A DNA stretch of 63,586 nucleotides, counting the filler, from an uncultured Synergistales bacterium (GTDB taxonomy: Bacteria > Synergistota > Synergistia > Synergistales > Aminobacteriaceae): assembly GCA_937897575.1 (NCBI GenBank). It is 6 parts of 6 records of this genome, joined end to end, with 100 filler letters (N's around TTAATTAATTAA, not from the genome) between each part and the next. Parts side by side here need not be neighbours in the genome. Positions count along the whole stretch, not along the records: positions 1 to 15,353 come from CALCQG010000018.1; 5 more parts are not named here. One strand, written 5' to 3'. Below, in pieces: positions 1 through 9,160 of the stretch. Position 1 is the first letter of the stretch. Each line of letters opens with the position of its first letter. The position numbers and the translations under genes are program-made. The notes under the pieces were generated by a model, which saw nothing but the letters and a program-made list of their open reading frames with translations, was not told the origin of the DNA and did not search any database.

Positions 1-1302
1 GATGTGCTCCTGCCCCTCCTTCATGGACGCCACGTACTCCTTCAGTGAGACGAGCCCCCTGTCCGACGATGCCGAGGAAAAGAGGCAGAGGTCGAGGACG
101 GCCTCGCGGTGCTCTTCCTCGGTCCCCGGCTGGGGGACGAGGGCCTCCTTGAGGATGGGGCCGAACTCCGACCAGAAGGTCCTGTACTTCTCCTCGTCGG
201 AGGACATGGTCCTCTTGAGGGCGTTGAGCACCCTTCGGGTCAGGCTCTTGCGGATCACCGGGATGAGAGGATCCTCCTGCAGAATCTCCCGGGAGATGTT
301 GAGGGGAAGATCCTCGGAGTCCACCACGCCCTTGAGGAACCGAAGCCACGACGGCACGAGCTCTTTGCAGTCGTTCATGATATAGACGTTCTTTATGTAG
401 AGCTGCACGCCCCGCTGTTCAGGCAAAAAATGGAGGTCGTAGGGAGCCTTTTCGGGGACGAAGAGCACTCCCCTGAACTCCGTCCCGCCTTCGACGGAGA
501 AGACGATGCGCAGCAGCGGGTCGTTCCAGTCGTGGGCGATGTGCCGGTAGAACTCTCCGTACTCCTCCTCGGAGACCTCCCTCTCGGGCCGCCGCCAGAG
601 CGCCTTGCCCGAGTTCAACCGTTCGTCGGAGAGGTCGGAGTCCTGCCCCTTCCGGACAGCCATCACGATGGGGTACGAGAGGAAGTCGGAGTACTTCCGA
701 ACCAGCTCCCGGACCGTCCGTTCGTCGGCGTAGTCCCGGTCGCCCCGGGCGGAGTCGATGGGGGCGAGGTGCAGCGTCACCGACGTCCCGGGCGCCTCCT
801 TGACGGCCTCCTCGATCATGTACGTCCCGTCGCCCGACGACGAGAGGAGCCACGCCCCCTCTTCGCCGAGGCGTCTGCTCAGCACGTCCACGCGGGACGC
901 CACCATGAAGGAGGAGTAGAACCCCACGCCGAACTGTCCGATGAGCTCCTCGGAGCTGAGCTGTCCCCGGTCCTTGGCGGCCATGAGGTACTCCCTCGTC
1001 CCGGACTTCGCGATGGTGCCGATGTACTCCTTCAGCTCCTCCCGGTTCATCCCCACCCCGTTGTCCGAGATGGTCAGCGTCCGGCGCTCCCGGGACAACA
1101 CGATGCGTATCTCGGGGTCCTGGAGCGTCTCACCGAGCTCGGGACTGGCGAGGAGCTCAAGGCGCCGTTTGTCCAGGGCGTCCGAGGCGTTGGAGAGGAG
1201 TTCCCGGAGGAAGATATCCCTGTTGGAGTACACCGAATGGATCATGAGATCAAGAAGCTGTTTCGCCTCCGTCTGGAAAGAAAATCGTTCCTGCGCCATC
1301 AT
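1..1302 (-). CDS. htpG: Molecular chaperone HtpG (Hsp90), 3' end beyond the window edge
   Basis: Not in the ORF track. Minus strand from ATG 1302/1299 reads (M)MAQERFSFQTEAKQLLDLMIHSVYSNRDIFLRELLSNASDALDK, later IGQFGVGFYSSFMV: Hsp90 ATPase motifs. Confidence 0.95.
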   Translation of the reverse strand, partial: MMAQERFSFQTEAKQLLDLMIHSVYSNRDIFLRELLSNASDALDKRRLELLASPELGETLQDPEIRIVLSRERRTLTISDNGVGMNREELKEYIGTIAKSGTREYLMAAKDRGQLSSEELIGQFGVGFYSSFMVASRVDVLSRRLGEEGAWLLSSSGDGTYMIEEAVKEAPGTSVTLHLAPIDSARGDRDYADERTVRELVRKYSDFLSYPIVMAVRKGQDSDLSDERLNSGKALWRRPEREVSEEEYGEFYRHIAHDWNDPLLRIVFSVEGGTEFRGVLFVPEKAPYDLHFLPEQRGVQLYIKNVYIMNDCKELVPSWLRFLKGVVDSEDLPLNISREILQEDPLIPVIRKSLTRRVLNALKRTMSSDEEKYRTFWSEFGPILKEALVPQPGTEEEHREAVLDLCLFSSASSDRGLVSLKEYVASMKEGQEHI

Positions 1303-1318
1303 GCGACCTCTCTGTTCG

Positions 1319-2467
1319 TCATTGATTTTCGTACACTCTCGGAACTCTTTTGCCGATGGACGTCAGCGCCGTGGCCACTATGCCCTGCGCCCTCCGCGCA
1401 TACTCGTAGGCGGTGATCTCCTCGTTTCCCTGTCGGCCTATGAGCACCACCTCGTCGCCGGCTGCGACCCCGGGGACCTCCGTGACATCCGCGACGCTCT
1501 GATCCATGGATATCCGCCCCACCACGGGACACCGCCTCCCCCGGACGAGCACGTCGCCCTTGTTCGAGAGGGCACGGGAGAAGCCGTCGGCATACCCGAC
1601 GGGGAGCACGGCGATCCTCGTCTCCCTCGTCGTGACGTAGGTCAGGCCGTACCCCACCCCATGCCCCGCAGGCAGAGTCTCGAGAAGGGCGATCTTCGTC
1701 CTGAAGGAGAACGCGGGAAGGAGGGGAATGTCGCGCGGAACGTCGTCAGGGTAATGCCCCGTGAGGAGGATCCCTGTCCGGACACCGTCCATACCCCACT
1801 CGGGATGGGCGAGAAATGCCGCCGAGTTGCAGCAGTGCCTCATGGGGATGGAAAGTCCCCGCCGCTGCAGCTCCCGGAGGACCGCAAGGAAGTCGTCATG
1901 CTGCCTTTCCGTGTACTCTGAAAGGTCGGCGCAGTCCGCCCCGGCGAAATGGGTGAATACCCCCTCGCATACCACCCCGGGCAACGAGGCTATCCGGAGG
2001 GTCGACTCGACGGCCTCCTCGGGAGAAAATCCGGAACGTCCGAGCCCCGTGTCCACCTCAATATGAACATAGGCCGTTTTTCTGAGACGACTCGCGACGG
2101 AGGACAGGGCCGTCGCCATCTCGACGGTGGCGATGCTGGTCCTGATGCCGTGGCGGATGTGGTGGGGGAACGCCTCGCGGATTGACGGGCCGAAGACGAG
2201 CACGGGATCTGCGATACCCGCTTCCCGAAGCTCCAGAGCTTCGTTCGGCGTGCCGACGCAGAAAAAGCCTGCGCCCTCCTTCTTCAGCGCCCGTGCGACG
2301 GCGACGGCTCCCAGGCCGTAGCCGTCGGCCTTAAGGACGCAGAGCATTGCGGGCGGTACGTTCTCAAGCCCCGAGGCGTACCGGCGCACCGCTCTGTAGT
2401 TCTCGCGAACGCGGTCGAGCCGGACATCCAGCCGGGTGGGACGAAGGGGTATGGACGTCCTCTCCAT
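1319..2467 (-). CDS. alr: Alanine racemase family protein (copy 1)
   Basis: CVLKADGYGLG PLP-lysine motif, DTGLGRSG, FTHFA, GVGYG, VGYADG, GRISMDQ. Start set at ATG 2467 to avoid overlap with the upstream gene. Confidence 0.9.
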   Translation of the reverse strand: MERTSIPLRPTRLDVRLDRVRENYRAVRRYASGLENVPPAMLCVLKADGYGLGAVAVARALKKEGAGFFCVGTPNEALELREAGIADPVLVFGPSIREAFPHHIRHGIRTSIATVEMATALSSVASRLRKTAYVHIEVDTGLGRSGFSPEEAVESTLRIASLPGVVCEGVFTHFAGADCADLSEYTERQHDDFLAVLRELQRRGLSIPMRHCCNSAAFLAHPEWGMDGVRTGILLTGHYPDDVPRDIPLLPAFSFRTKIALLETLPAGHGVGYGLTYVTTRETRIAVLPVGYADGFSRALSNKGDVLVRGRRCPVVGRISMDQSVADVTEVPGVAAGDEVVLIGRQGNEEITAYEYARRAQGIVATALTSIGKRVPRVYENQ

Positions 2468-2483
2468 CTCGAAGCAGACCCGT

Positions 2484-3743
2484 TCACTGCGCGGGTTCAT
2501 AGGCGCTCATGGCCTGTTTCAAGCTCACGAGAGCGAGGTGCATCTCCTTGATGGAATTCAGATGCTCCGTGCGGACCCGCTGGTTGTCCACCTGGGCGTT
2601 GAGCAGATCGATCTGCGCACCGAGCCCTTCCTTGTACATGAGCTGCGTGATGGCCAGCTCCTCGTTCGACCGGGCCACCTGCGCCCTCTTGTTGGCCTCC
2701 ACGGCCACGGAGGCTTCCCACTGCGTCAGGGCGGTGAGGATGTCCTCCCGAACCTGGTCTTGCCCGGCGCGGAGGCTCTCCTCCGCCGCCTCGATGGTTT
2801 TCTTCTTCTCCGCCACGTCCTCTTTGGTCTTTCCGCCGTCGTAGAGCGGTATGGAGACGCTCAGCGCCAAGAGAAATTCGTCCTCGTACGGAAGGCTCCG
2901 CTCCGAATCGCCGAGAAGGCCGTACCCAGCGCTTCCCATGACCACGGGGGCCATTCCCTTGGCGGCCAGTGTTTTCAACACCTTCTCCCGCTCCAGGGCC
3001 ATCTCGAGCGCCCGGATGTCGTTCCGCTTCCTCAAAGCCTCGTCCACACCGGCCTGTATGGACAGATCGGGGACGAGAAGCGCTTCGTCCCTGGGGATCA
3101 CCGTCTCGCCCCCCGCCAGGGTGGCAAGCTGGGTGAGGGTGTCCTTGAACCCGGACTCCGCCTGGACAACGAGGCTGGACGCCTCCTGCACCTTGGCCTC
3201 GGCGCGGATCACGTCCAGCTTCGGGATGATGTGCTGCCGAAACTTCTCCTCGGTGATCCGGAGGTCCTCCTTCCGCTGCGCCAGGATGCTCCTCTGAAGG
3301 GCGATGTTCTCTCTGGCGATGAAGGAGGACCAGTAGAGGCGCTCGGCCCCGGAGAGCATCCGGTTCACGAGGACCCCGTGATTGGCGGCGAGCACGTTGT
3401 GCTGCAGCTTCATCTGCCGCTCCTGGGCGGGGTACACTCCGCTCACGTCGAACCGATGGGTCACGCCCACGGAGACGTTATATCGCCCCCGCTCCTGCGC
3501 GGCGTTGTCGCTGAACCACGACGTGTCGCCGTTGATCCCCACGCCGGGGCGCTGGTACGCCACGGACCCTCTCACGGTGTGGTAGAAGGCCTCCACGTTC
3601 CTGTACGAAGCCTGGAGCGTCGGGTTGTTCGACCGAACCAGAGCGAGGTACTCCTCGACGGACATCTCCCCGGCGGATGCCGCAGAGCCGACACCAAGGG
3701 CCACGGCCACGCCGAACATAATGGACAGGATTTTTTTATGCAT
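2484..3743 (-). CDS. TolC family outer-membrane efflux protein
   Basis: Signal peptide, two helical OEP-like repeats, LSVSIPLYDGG strand motif, directly downstream of the RND permease. Confidence 0.88.
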   Translation of the reverse strand: MHKKILSIMFGVAVALGVGSAASAGEMSVEEYLALVRSNNPTLQASYRNVEAFYHTVRGSVAYQRPGVGINGDTSWFSDNAAQERGRYNVSVGVTHRFDVSGVYPAQERQMKLQHNVLAANHGVLVNRMLSGAERLYWSSFIARENIALQRSILAQRKEDLRITEEKFRQHIIPKLDVIRAEAKVQEASSLVVQAESGFKDTLTQLATLAGGETVIPRDEALLVPDLSIQAGVDEALRKRNDIRALEMALEREKVLKTLAAKGMAPVVMGSAGYGLLGDSERSLPYEDEFLLALSVSIPLYDGGKTKEDVAEKKKTIEAAEESLRAGQDQVREDILTALTQWEASVAVEANKRAQVARSNEELAITQLMYKEGLGAQIDLLNAQVDNQRVRTEHLNSIKEMHLALVSLKQAMSAYEPAQ

Positions 3744-3820
3744 CGAGCTTCCCCCTTTTCACCCGGACATCAAAGTATATCGTACATTGTACAATAGAAA
3801 GATCATCCACTCTCATATTC

Positions 3821-6800
3821 TCATGCCCCTTGCCCGGAAACCGGCTCCGTCTTTTTCTCCTCCGATGCGCCGCCCTCTGTCTTCCGTCTTCTCACAGGGC
3901 TGATCATCAGGTAGAAGAGGGGGATGACCAACACCGTCATGATGGCCGATATCAGGATGCCGCCCGCCGAGGCGATGCCGATGCCCGTCCTGAGCTCACT
4001 CCCCAGGCCGGTGCTTGTGGCCATGGGGATCATGCCGAAAACGGCGGCCACGGTGGACATGACCACGGGCCTGAAGAACTCCGGAACGGCGTTGAGAATG
4101 CCATTCCCCATCGTATCGCCCGCCCGTCTGCGTTTCTGGTAGGCGTCCACAAGGAGCACCGCGTTGTTGACCACGATGCCGATCAGCATGACGATGCCGA
4201 GCAGCGCGAAGATCGACAGGTTCTCTCCCGTGAGGAAGAGCGCCCAGGCGATGCCGACGAGCCCCATGGGCAGGGTGGACATGATCAGCAGAGGAGCCGT
4301 GAGCGATTCCAGCACTGCGGCCAGCACGAGGTAGGTCAGGATGACGGCGATCACGGCGGCTTCAGCAAAGGCCGACGCCGCCTCGCCCATCATCTCGAAG
4401 GTGCCGCCCAGCCGGTACGAATAACCCGCGGGGAGCTCGTTCTCCCCGGTGAAGGCGGCATCGGTCAGTCCTGCCACGGCATCGCCCAGGGCGACCCCCG
4501 TCTCGGGGTCCGCGAAGAAGATGCTCACTCGCTGCTTGTCCATCCTGTTCAGTATGGCGGAGGACGTGGTCTCCTCCACGTCGGCTATGGTGCCGAGCAG
4601 GATGGGCTGACCCGGCTTGCCGCTGAAGAGAAAACTTTTCACCTGTTCCTTTCCGAGCTTCTCGGAGAACTTCACGCGGATGTCGTAGGTCCTGTCACCG
4701 GCCTTGAACGTCCCGGCCGTCAGCCCTTCTATGTTCCCTCGAAGGACCGAGCCGAGGGCGGTGGGTGCGATCCCCAAATCCGAGAGAACGGCCCGTTTGG
4801 GGCGGACTCGGATCTCCGGCTTTCCCTCCCGGACCGTCGTGTCCACGTTCCGAAGGGTGGGCATGGTCTTCGCTATGGCCTCCGTCCTCAGGGCGAGTTC
4901 GTCCAGCCTGTCGTACTCCTCTCCCGTAATCTGCAGCTCGATGGCCTGCATCTGTACGCCGCTCGCGTTCGGCGTGGAGACGGTGACCCGGACGTTCGGG
5001 AGGGACGACAACAGCGACCGGACCTCACGGATCTCGTCGAAGATCGTAAAATCGCGCTCCGTCTTCTCGACATAGCGGAGAAAGATGCCGGCGAGGTAGA
5101 CTCCTTCCGACGCCGTCCCGGCAGAACTGTCAACCTTTCCTATGGTGGACAGCATGTTCTGCAATGTCGGCCTCGTCCGGAGCATCTCCTCCACCTCTTT
5201 GACCCGCTTGGTGGTCTCGGCGAGGTTCATGTCCGTCGGGTACTCGAGCTTCACCGCGATCCGCCCCTGGTCCACGTCGGGCGTGAAGGTCATCCCGAGC
5301 CCCGAGAAGATGGACAGGGCGTGGACGAGAAGAAGGATGGAAATCCCGATGGCCGCCATGCAGAGCAATCGGGACGAACCGAGCTTCCGAAGGACCCTCC
5401 CGTACCAGTCGACCACTGTGTTGAAAACCCTGTCCCATACGGCGGAAAACCTCCCCCAGAGGCCTCGCTGGGCACCGTTTCCCGGGCGGAGCAGCAGCGA
5501 CGCCAGGATCGGCGTGAGGGTGAAGGAGAGGAAGAGCGAGACCGCGTTGACCACGAGGCTCGTCACGGCAAAGGGTCTGAAAATGAGCCCCACCAGGCTC
5601 CCCATTATGGCGATGGGGAGGAACACAACCATATTCGTCCCCGCGCTGCCCAGCACGGCGATCACCACGTTTGCAGCGCCGTCGGCGGCGGCCTGCTTCG
5701 GTGTCGCTCCGGCCTCCAATCTCGACTCGATGCTCTCGAGGACCACAATGGAGTTCGCCGTCAGGAGGCTCACCGAGAGGCCTATGGCGAGCATGGTGGA
5801 GACATTCAGCGTATACCCGAAGGAGTGGATGAAGAACATGCTGATGACGATGGTGAAGGGCATGGAGATGGCCACGATGATCGTCGTGCTGATCTTGTGC
5901 AGGAACAGCAACAGCACGACGGCCGTGAGCGCCACGCCCTGCCAGATGTCGCCGAAAGTACTGTCGTAGGAGTTCCGCACCATGACGCCGTCGTCGTACA
6001 CCCAGACGAGATCCATGCCGCCGGGAAGCCCATTCCGCATCTCCTCGACCAGCGTTTTGACCTGGCTGACCACCTCAAGAGCGTTGGCATCCGCCTTCTT
6101 CACAATCTTGATGCTGATCGCCGAACGTCCGTTCAGATAGGCCCCCTGGCGCTCCTCCTCGGGCCCCATGGTGACCGTCGCCACGTCCCTGAGATAGACC
6201 CGACCCTGAGGGGTGTTCGCCACCTCCAGGGTTCCCATGTCCGAGACGTTCTGAAAATCGGCGTCGAATTTCACGGACACCTCGGTCCCCTTGTCCTGGA
6301 TCCGCCCGGAGGGGATGAGTTTGACCCCCTTCCGGATGGCGTCGACCACGTCGAGGGTCGTGAGCCCCCGGGCGGCGAGGGCCTCCCGGTCGAGGAGCAC
6401 CTGGACCTCCGTCTTCGATCCGCCGATGAGCTCCACATTGGCCACGCCCCGGATGACGGAGAAACGATCCCGAAGGGAGTTGTCAGCATAGTCGTAGAGG
6501 TCGCCCACCGGGTTCGTCCCCGTAAGGGCGACGGTGATGATGGGCATGGCGTTGATGTCGATCTTGATGACCTGCGGCCTGCCGGCCTCCTCAGGCAGGT
6601 CGTTCAGGATCTGATCGACCTTGTCGCGGACATCCGCAGCGGCGACGTCCACGTCGACCGCGAGGTCGAACTCCATGATGGTCTGGCAGACGTTCTCCAT
6701 GGCCACGGACTGAACGTGCTTCAGACCGTCCAGCGTGCTGACGGCGTCCTCGATCTTCTTGGCGATGTCCGTCTCGATCTCCGACGGGCTCGCTCCGGCA

Positions 6801-6952
6801 TAGGTGGTGACGACGGTGACGTAGGGTATGTCCGTCTTGGGCATCAGCTCGAGCCCCATCTTCCGCCACGAGTTCACCCCGAGAAAGATGAGCGCGACGA
6901 TCAGCGCCGACACGGCGATCGGACGCTTGATGGAAAAGTGCGAGAGCGACAT
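3821..6952 (-). CDS. RND efflux permease (AcrB/AcrD/AcrF family)
   Basis: 1043 aa; N-terminal SIKRPIA, GASPSEIE, GIVVNNAVLLVD and RPVVMST motifs; two hydrophobic TM blocks. Confidence 0.95.
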   Translation of the reverse strand: MSLSHFSIKRPIAVSALIVALIFLGVNSWRKMGLELMPKTDIPYVTVVTTYAGASPSEIETDIAKKIEDAVSTLDGLKHVQSVAMENVCQTIMEFDLAVDVDVAAADVRDKVDQILNDLPEEAGRPQVIKIDINAMPIITVALTGTNPVGDLYDYADNSLRDRFSVIRGVANVELIGGSKTEVQVLLDREALAARGLTTLDVVDAIRKGVKLIPSGRIQDKGTEVSVKFDADFQNVSDMGTLEVANTPQGRVYLRDVATVTMGPEEERQGAYLNGRSAISIKIVKKADANALEVVSQVKTLVEEMRNGLPGGMDLVWVYDDGVMVRNSYDSTFGDIWQGVALTAVVLLLFLHKISTTIIVAISMPFTIVISMFFIHSFGYTLNVSTMLAIGLSVSLLTANSIVVLESIESRLEAGATPKQAAADGAANVVIAVLGSAGTNMVVFLPIAIMGSLVGLIFRPFAVTSLVVNAVSLFLSFTLTPILASLLLRPGNGAQRGLWGRFSAVWDRVFNTVVDWYGRVLRKLGSSRLLCMAAIGISILLLVHALSIFSGLGMTFTPDVDQGRIAVKLEYPTDMNLAETTKRVKEVEEMLRTRPTLQNMLSTIGKVDSSAGTASEGVYLAGIFLRYVEKTERDFTIFDEIREVRSLLSSLPNVRVTVSTPNASGVQMQAIELQITGEEYDRLDELALRTEAIAKTMPTLRNVDTTVREGKPEIRVRPKRAVLSDLGIAPTALGSVLRGNIEGLTAGTFKAGDRTYDIRVKFSEKLGKEQVKSFLFSGKPGQPILLGTIADVEETTSSAILNRMDKQRVSIFFADPETGVALGDAVAGLTDAAFTGENELPAGYSYRLGGTFEMMGEAASAFAEAAVIAVILTYLVLAAVLESLTAPLLIMSTLPMGLVGIAWALFLTGENLSIFALLGIVMLIGIVVNNAVLLVDAYQKRRRAGDTMGNGILNAVPEFFRPVVMSTVAAVFGMIPMATSTGLGSELRTGIGIASAGGILISAIMTVLVIPLFYLMISPVRRRKTEGGASEEKKTEPVSGQGA

Positions 6953-6955
6953 ATT

Positions 6956-8161
6956 CTACCGGACCTGCTGCGACCGTATACGGACGGTCGATCCGTCGTC
7001 CACGAGGGTCTGTCCTTCGCTGATGGCCTCAGACCCTATCAGGGGCCGGGCGTCGAGGAGTTCGTAGTACCCGTCCCATTCGATGCCTGTGGTGACCGGC
7101 ACCGCCTTCGCCTTGCCGTCCTCGACGATGAAGATCACATCCTGGCCCTGACGCTTCTGAACGGCGGGGCGCAGAACTGCCACTCCTCTCTTCGATGAGA
7201 GGAGGATATCGGCCTGCACCATGGCGCCGGCGGTAAAACCCTCGGGCGGCTCCCGCAGGAGGCTCTCCACCTCAAAGGTCCTGAGCTGGGGGTCGATCGT
7301 CGGGCTCTTGTATGAGACGAGTCCGTCCACATGCCTATCGCCCATGGAGATGCGCATGGACGTTATGCCGGGCTGTATGCGCTCGTAGACCTGATAGGGA
7401 AGAAAGCAGGTCGCCTTGATCGTCGACAAGTCCTCGATCTGGATGACGGGCGCGGACGGTCCGGCAAGGGCGCCGGGGTCGAGGAAACGCTGGGTCACGA
7501 CGCCCGTCAACGGCGCCTCGACCTTCGTGTCGCTCATGTCCTTTTTCGCGATGGTCACACGGGACTCCGCCTGACGGACGCTCTCCTTCGCGATCCGGAC
7601 CATCTGCTGAATCGCCTTGATCTCGGCGGTGATCAGAGTATGCCTCAGGACCGTGTCCTCGTACTGGCTGAGGGACACGCCGCCCTTCTCATAGAGCGTC
7701 CTGTACCGCTCCATATCCTTCTTCGCCTTGGCCTGTTCGGCCTTCGCACGCTGCAGCGATATCTCCTGCTCGCCCTGTTGCAGTTTTGCCCCGTTCAGCT
7801 GTTGCTGGGCGATCTCGAGATTCTGCTCGGCCCGCACGTCCTCCACCTGGAAGAGGACCGTCTTCCCCTTCGTCACAACATCGCCCTTATTGACGAATAT
7901 ATTCTCCAGGACGCCGCCCGATCCCCTGGGAGGGACCTGCACTGATTCGGCGGCCTTCAGGTTGCCCTGGACCTGGATCCGTTCGTAAAAGGCCCGTTCG
8001 GCAATGGTGCTCACCAGGACAGGGATCGACTGCTCGGCGGGGGCAACGTCGATCTCCGCTTTTTTATCGCGCGCGGCGATCGCCCTCTCTCCGAGCAGCA
8101 GAACCCCTCCTGCGATACAGAACAACACGACCACCAACCAGCACTTTGTACGCACCGTCAT
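6956..8161 (-). CDS. RND efflux periplasmic adaptor (membrane fusion protein)
   Basis: Start MTVRTKCWLVVV at 8161 (ATGA overlap with the TetR stop), N-terminal anchor, lipoyl half-motifs (VNKGDVVTKG, VEAPLTGVV), SPTIDPQLRTFEV. Confidence 0.9.
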   Translation of the reverse strand: MTVRTKCWLVVVLFCIAGGVLLLGERAIAARDKKAEIDVAPAEQSIPVLVSTIAERAFYERIQVQGNLKAAESVQVPPRGSGGVLENIFVNKGDVVTKGKTVLFQVEDVRAEQNLEIAQQQLNGAKLQQGEQEISLQRAKAEQAKAKKDMERYRTLYEKGGVSLSQYEDTVLRHTLITAEIKAIQQMVRIAKESVRQAESRVTIAKKDMSDTKVEAPLTGVVTQRFLDPGALAGPSAPVIQIEDLSTIKATCFLPYQVYERIQPGITSMRISMGDRHVDGLVSYKSPTIDPQLRTFEVESLLREPPEGFTAGAMVQADILLSSKRGVAVLRPAVQKRQGQDVIFIVEDGKAKAVPVTTGIEWDGYYELLDARPLIGSEAISEGQTLVDDGSTVRIRSQQVR

Positions 8162-8931
8162 TCCCCTCCGCCTGTTGACGAACTTGGATTCTTCCCGTGA
8201 AGCTTTTCGATGGCGTCCATCTCCTCGCGAAACACGCGCCGCCATATGTGGCGCCGCAGCGAATCGTAGTCCCTCTCCGTCGAGAGGGGGCGCCATCCGT
8301 ACCCGTCGAGCAGCGCGTCGAAGTTTCGGGTCGGCGCACCCTTCGGCCGCAGCAGCTCCTCGAGGCCCACGAGCACCGCCCGATCGCTTCTGAGAGCCAT
8401 CGTCCCCCAGGAGAGGGCCACGAGCCCGAAGAGAAGGTCGTAGGGCTCCATCGGCCCCTTCATCATGAGGCTCTCCTCCTCCACGGCGAGATGCACGATC
8501 CCGAGGAGATGGTCCTGAATGGCCCGATGCGCTTTCCTGATCCGGTCGATCCGCTCCTCCGACGCCCGCTCCCCCGTCGTTTGCGTCTCGAGGATGCGCT
8601 GCGTCGTCACGTAATCCGGATAAAGGCGCCGCAGGATCTCCGGTATGACGCTCCACGCGACGGCCTTGTCCCGCGAGGGAGCATCGAAGGCATCAATCTT
8701 CTCCAGAAGACCGTCGACCACCTCCATGGCCTCCAGCACCAGGGCGCTGATCAGATCCCCTTTTGAACGAAAGTGCAGATAGACCGTCCCTCTCGAGTAC
8801 TCCAGGGCCTCCGCCACCTGGTCCATCGTGAGGGCTCCGTACCCCCGCTCGAGAAGAAGACGCCGCGTCGCCTGGAGGAACATACGCTCCCGTTTCTGAA
8901 ACTCCCTTTGTCGTCGCTCTTTAGTGACCAT
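8158..8931 (-). CDS. TetR/AcrR family transcriptional regulator
   Basis: N-terminal HTH GYGALTMDQVAEALEYSRGTVYLHFRSKGDL; first gene of the efflux operon. Confidence 0.93.
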   Translation of the reverse strand: MVTKERRQREFQKRERMFLQATRRLLLERGYGALTMDQVAEALEYSRGTVYLHFRSKGDLISALVLEAMEVVDGLLEKIDAFDAPSRDKAVAWSVIPEILRRLYPDYVTTQRILETQTTGERASEERIDRIRKAHRAIQDHLLGIVHLAVEEESLMMKGPMEPYDLLFGLVALSWGTMALRSDRAVLVGLEELLRPKGAPTRNFDALLDGYGWRPLSTERDYDSLRRHIWRRVFREEMDAIEKLHGKNPSSSTGGGE

Positions 8932-8967
8932 AATGTCATATTATGACATAACGTCATAAAATATCAA
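8925..8967 (-). promoter_or_regulatory. Putative TetR operator overlapping the tetR promoter
   Basis: Overlapping inverted repeats ATGTCATA-T-TATGACAT (8933-8949) and TTATGAC-N5-GTCATAA (8941-8959). Minus-strand TTGATA (8967-8962), N16, CATAAT (8945-8940), ending 8 nt before the ATG. Confidence 0.65.
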
Positions 8968-9004
8968 TATGTAAATATCAGGTTTCTTCCCTCTGCATAT
9001 ACCC

Positions 9005-9032
9005 TTGACAAATCGTCGGCCTGCCGGATAAT
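9005..9032 (+). promoter_or_regulatory. Sigma70-type promoter for the DEAD-box helicase
   Basis: TTGACA (9005-9010), N16, GATAAT (9027-9032). Confidence 0.6.
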
Positions 9033-9062
9033 AAAGGGTACTTTGTCGGAGGGAACAGATCG

Positions 9063-9092
9063 GTGGGCCCCGCTAGCGGGGCCCACTTTTTT
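9063..9092 (+). terminator. Intrinsic terminator inside the 5' leader of the DEAD-box helicase
   Basis: Perfect 24-nt palindrome GTGGGCCCCGCTAGCGGGGCCCAC followed by T6. No plus-strand gene lies upstream for it to terminate. Confidence 0.75.
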
Positions 9093-9160
9093 GGGGAATT
9101 GATGCGGCGTCAGCGGAACATTCTCTGTCCCCTCCGGAATCCGAGGAGGACGAACGATTT

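Noticed and set aside
3830..7198. Very long antisense ORFs (1122 aa here; also 109..1416, 9110..10681, 12846..14600, 42664..44505)
   Set aside because: These are shadows of real genes on the opposite strand, expected with high-GC codon bias; no recognisable motifs.
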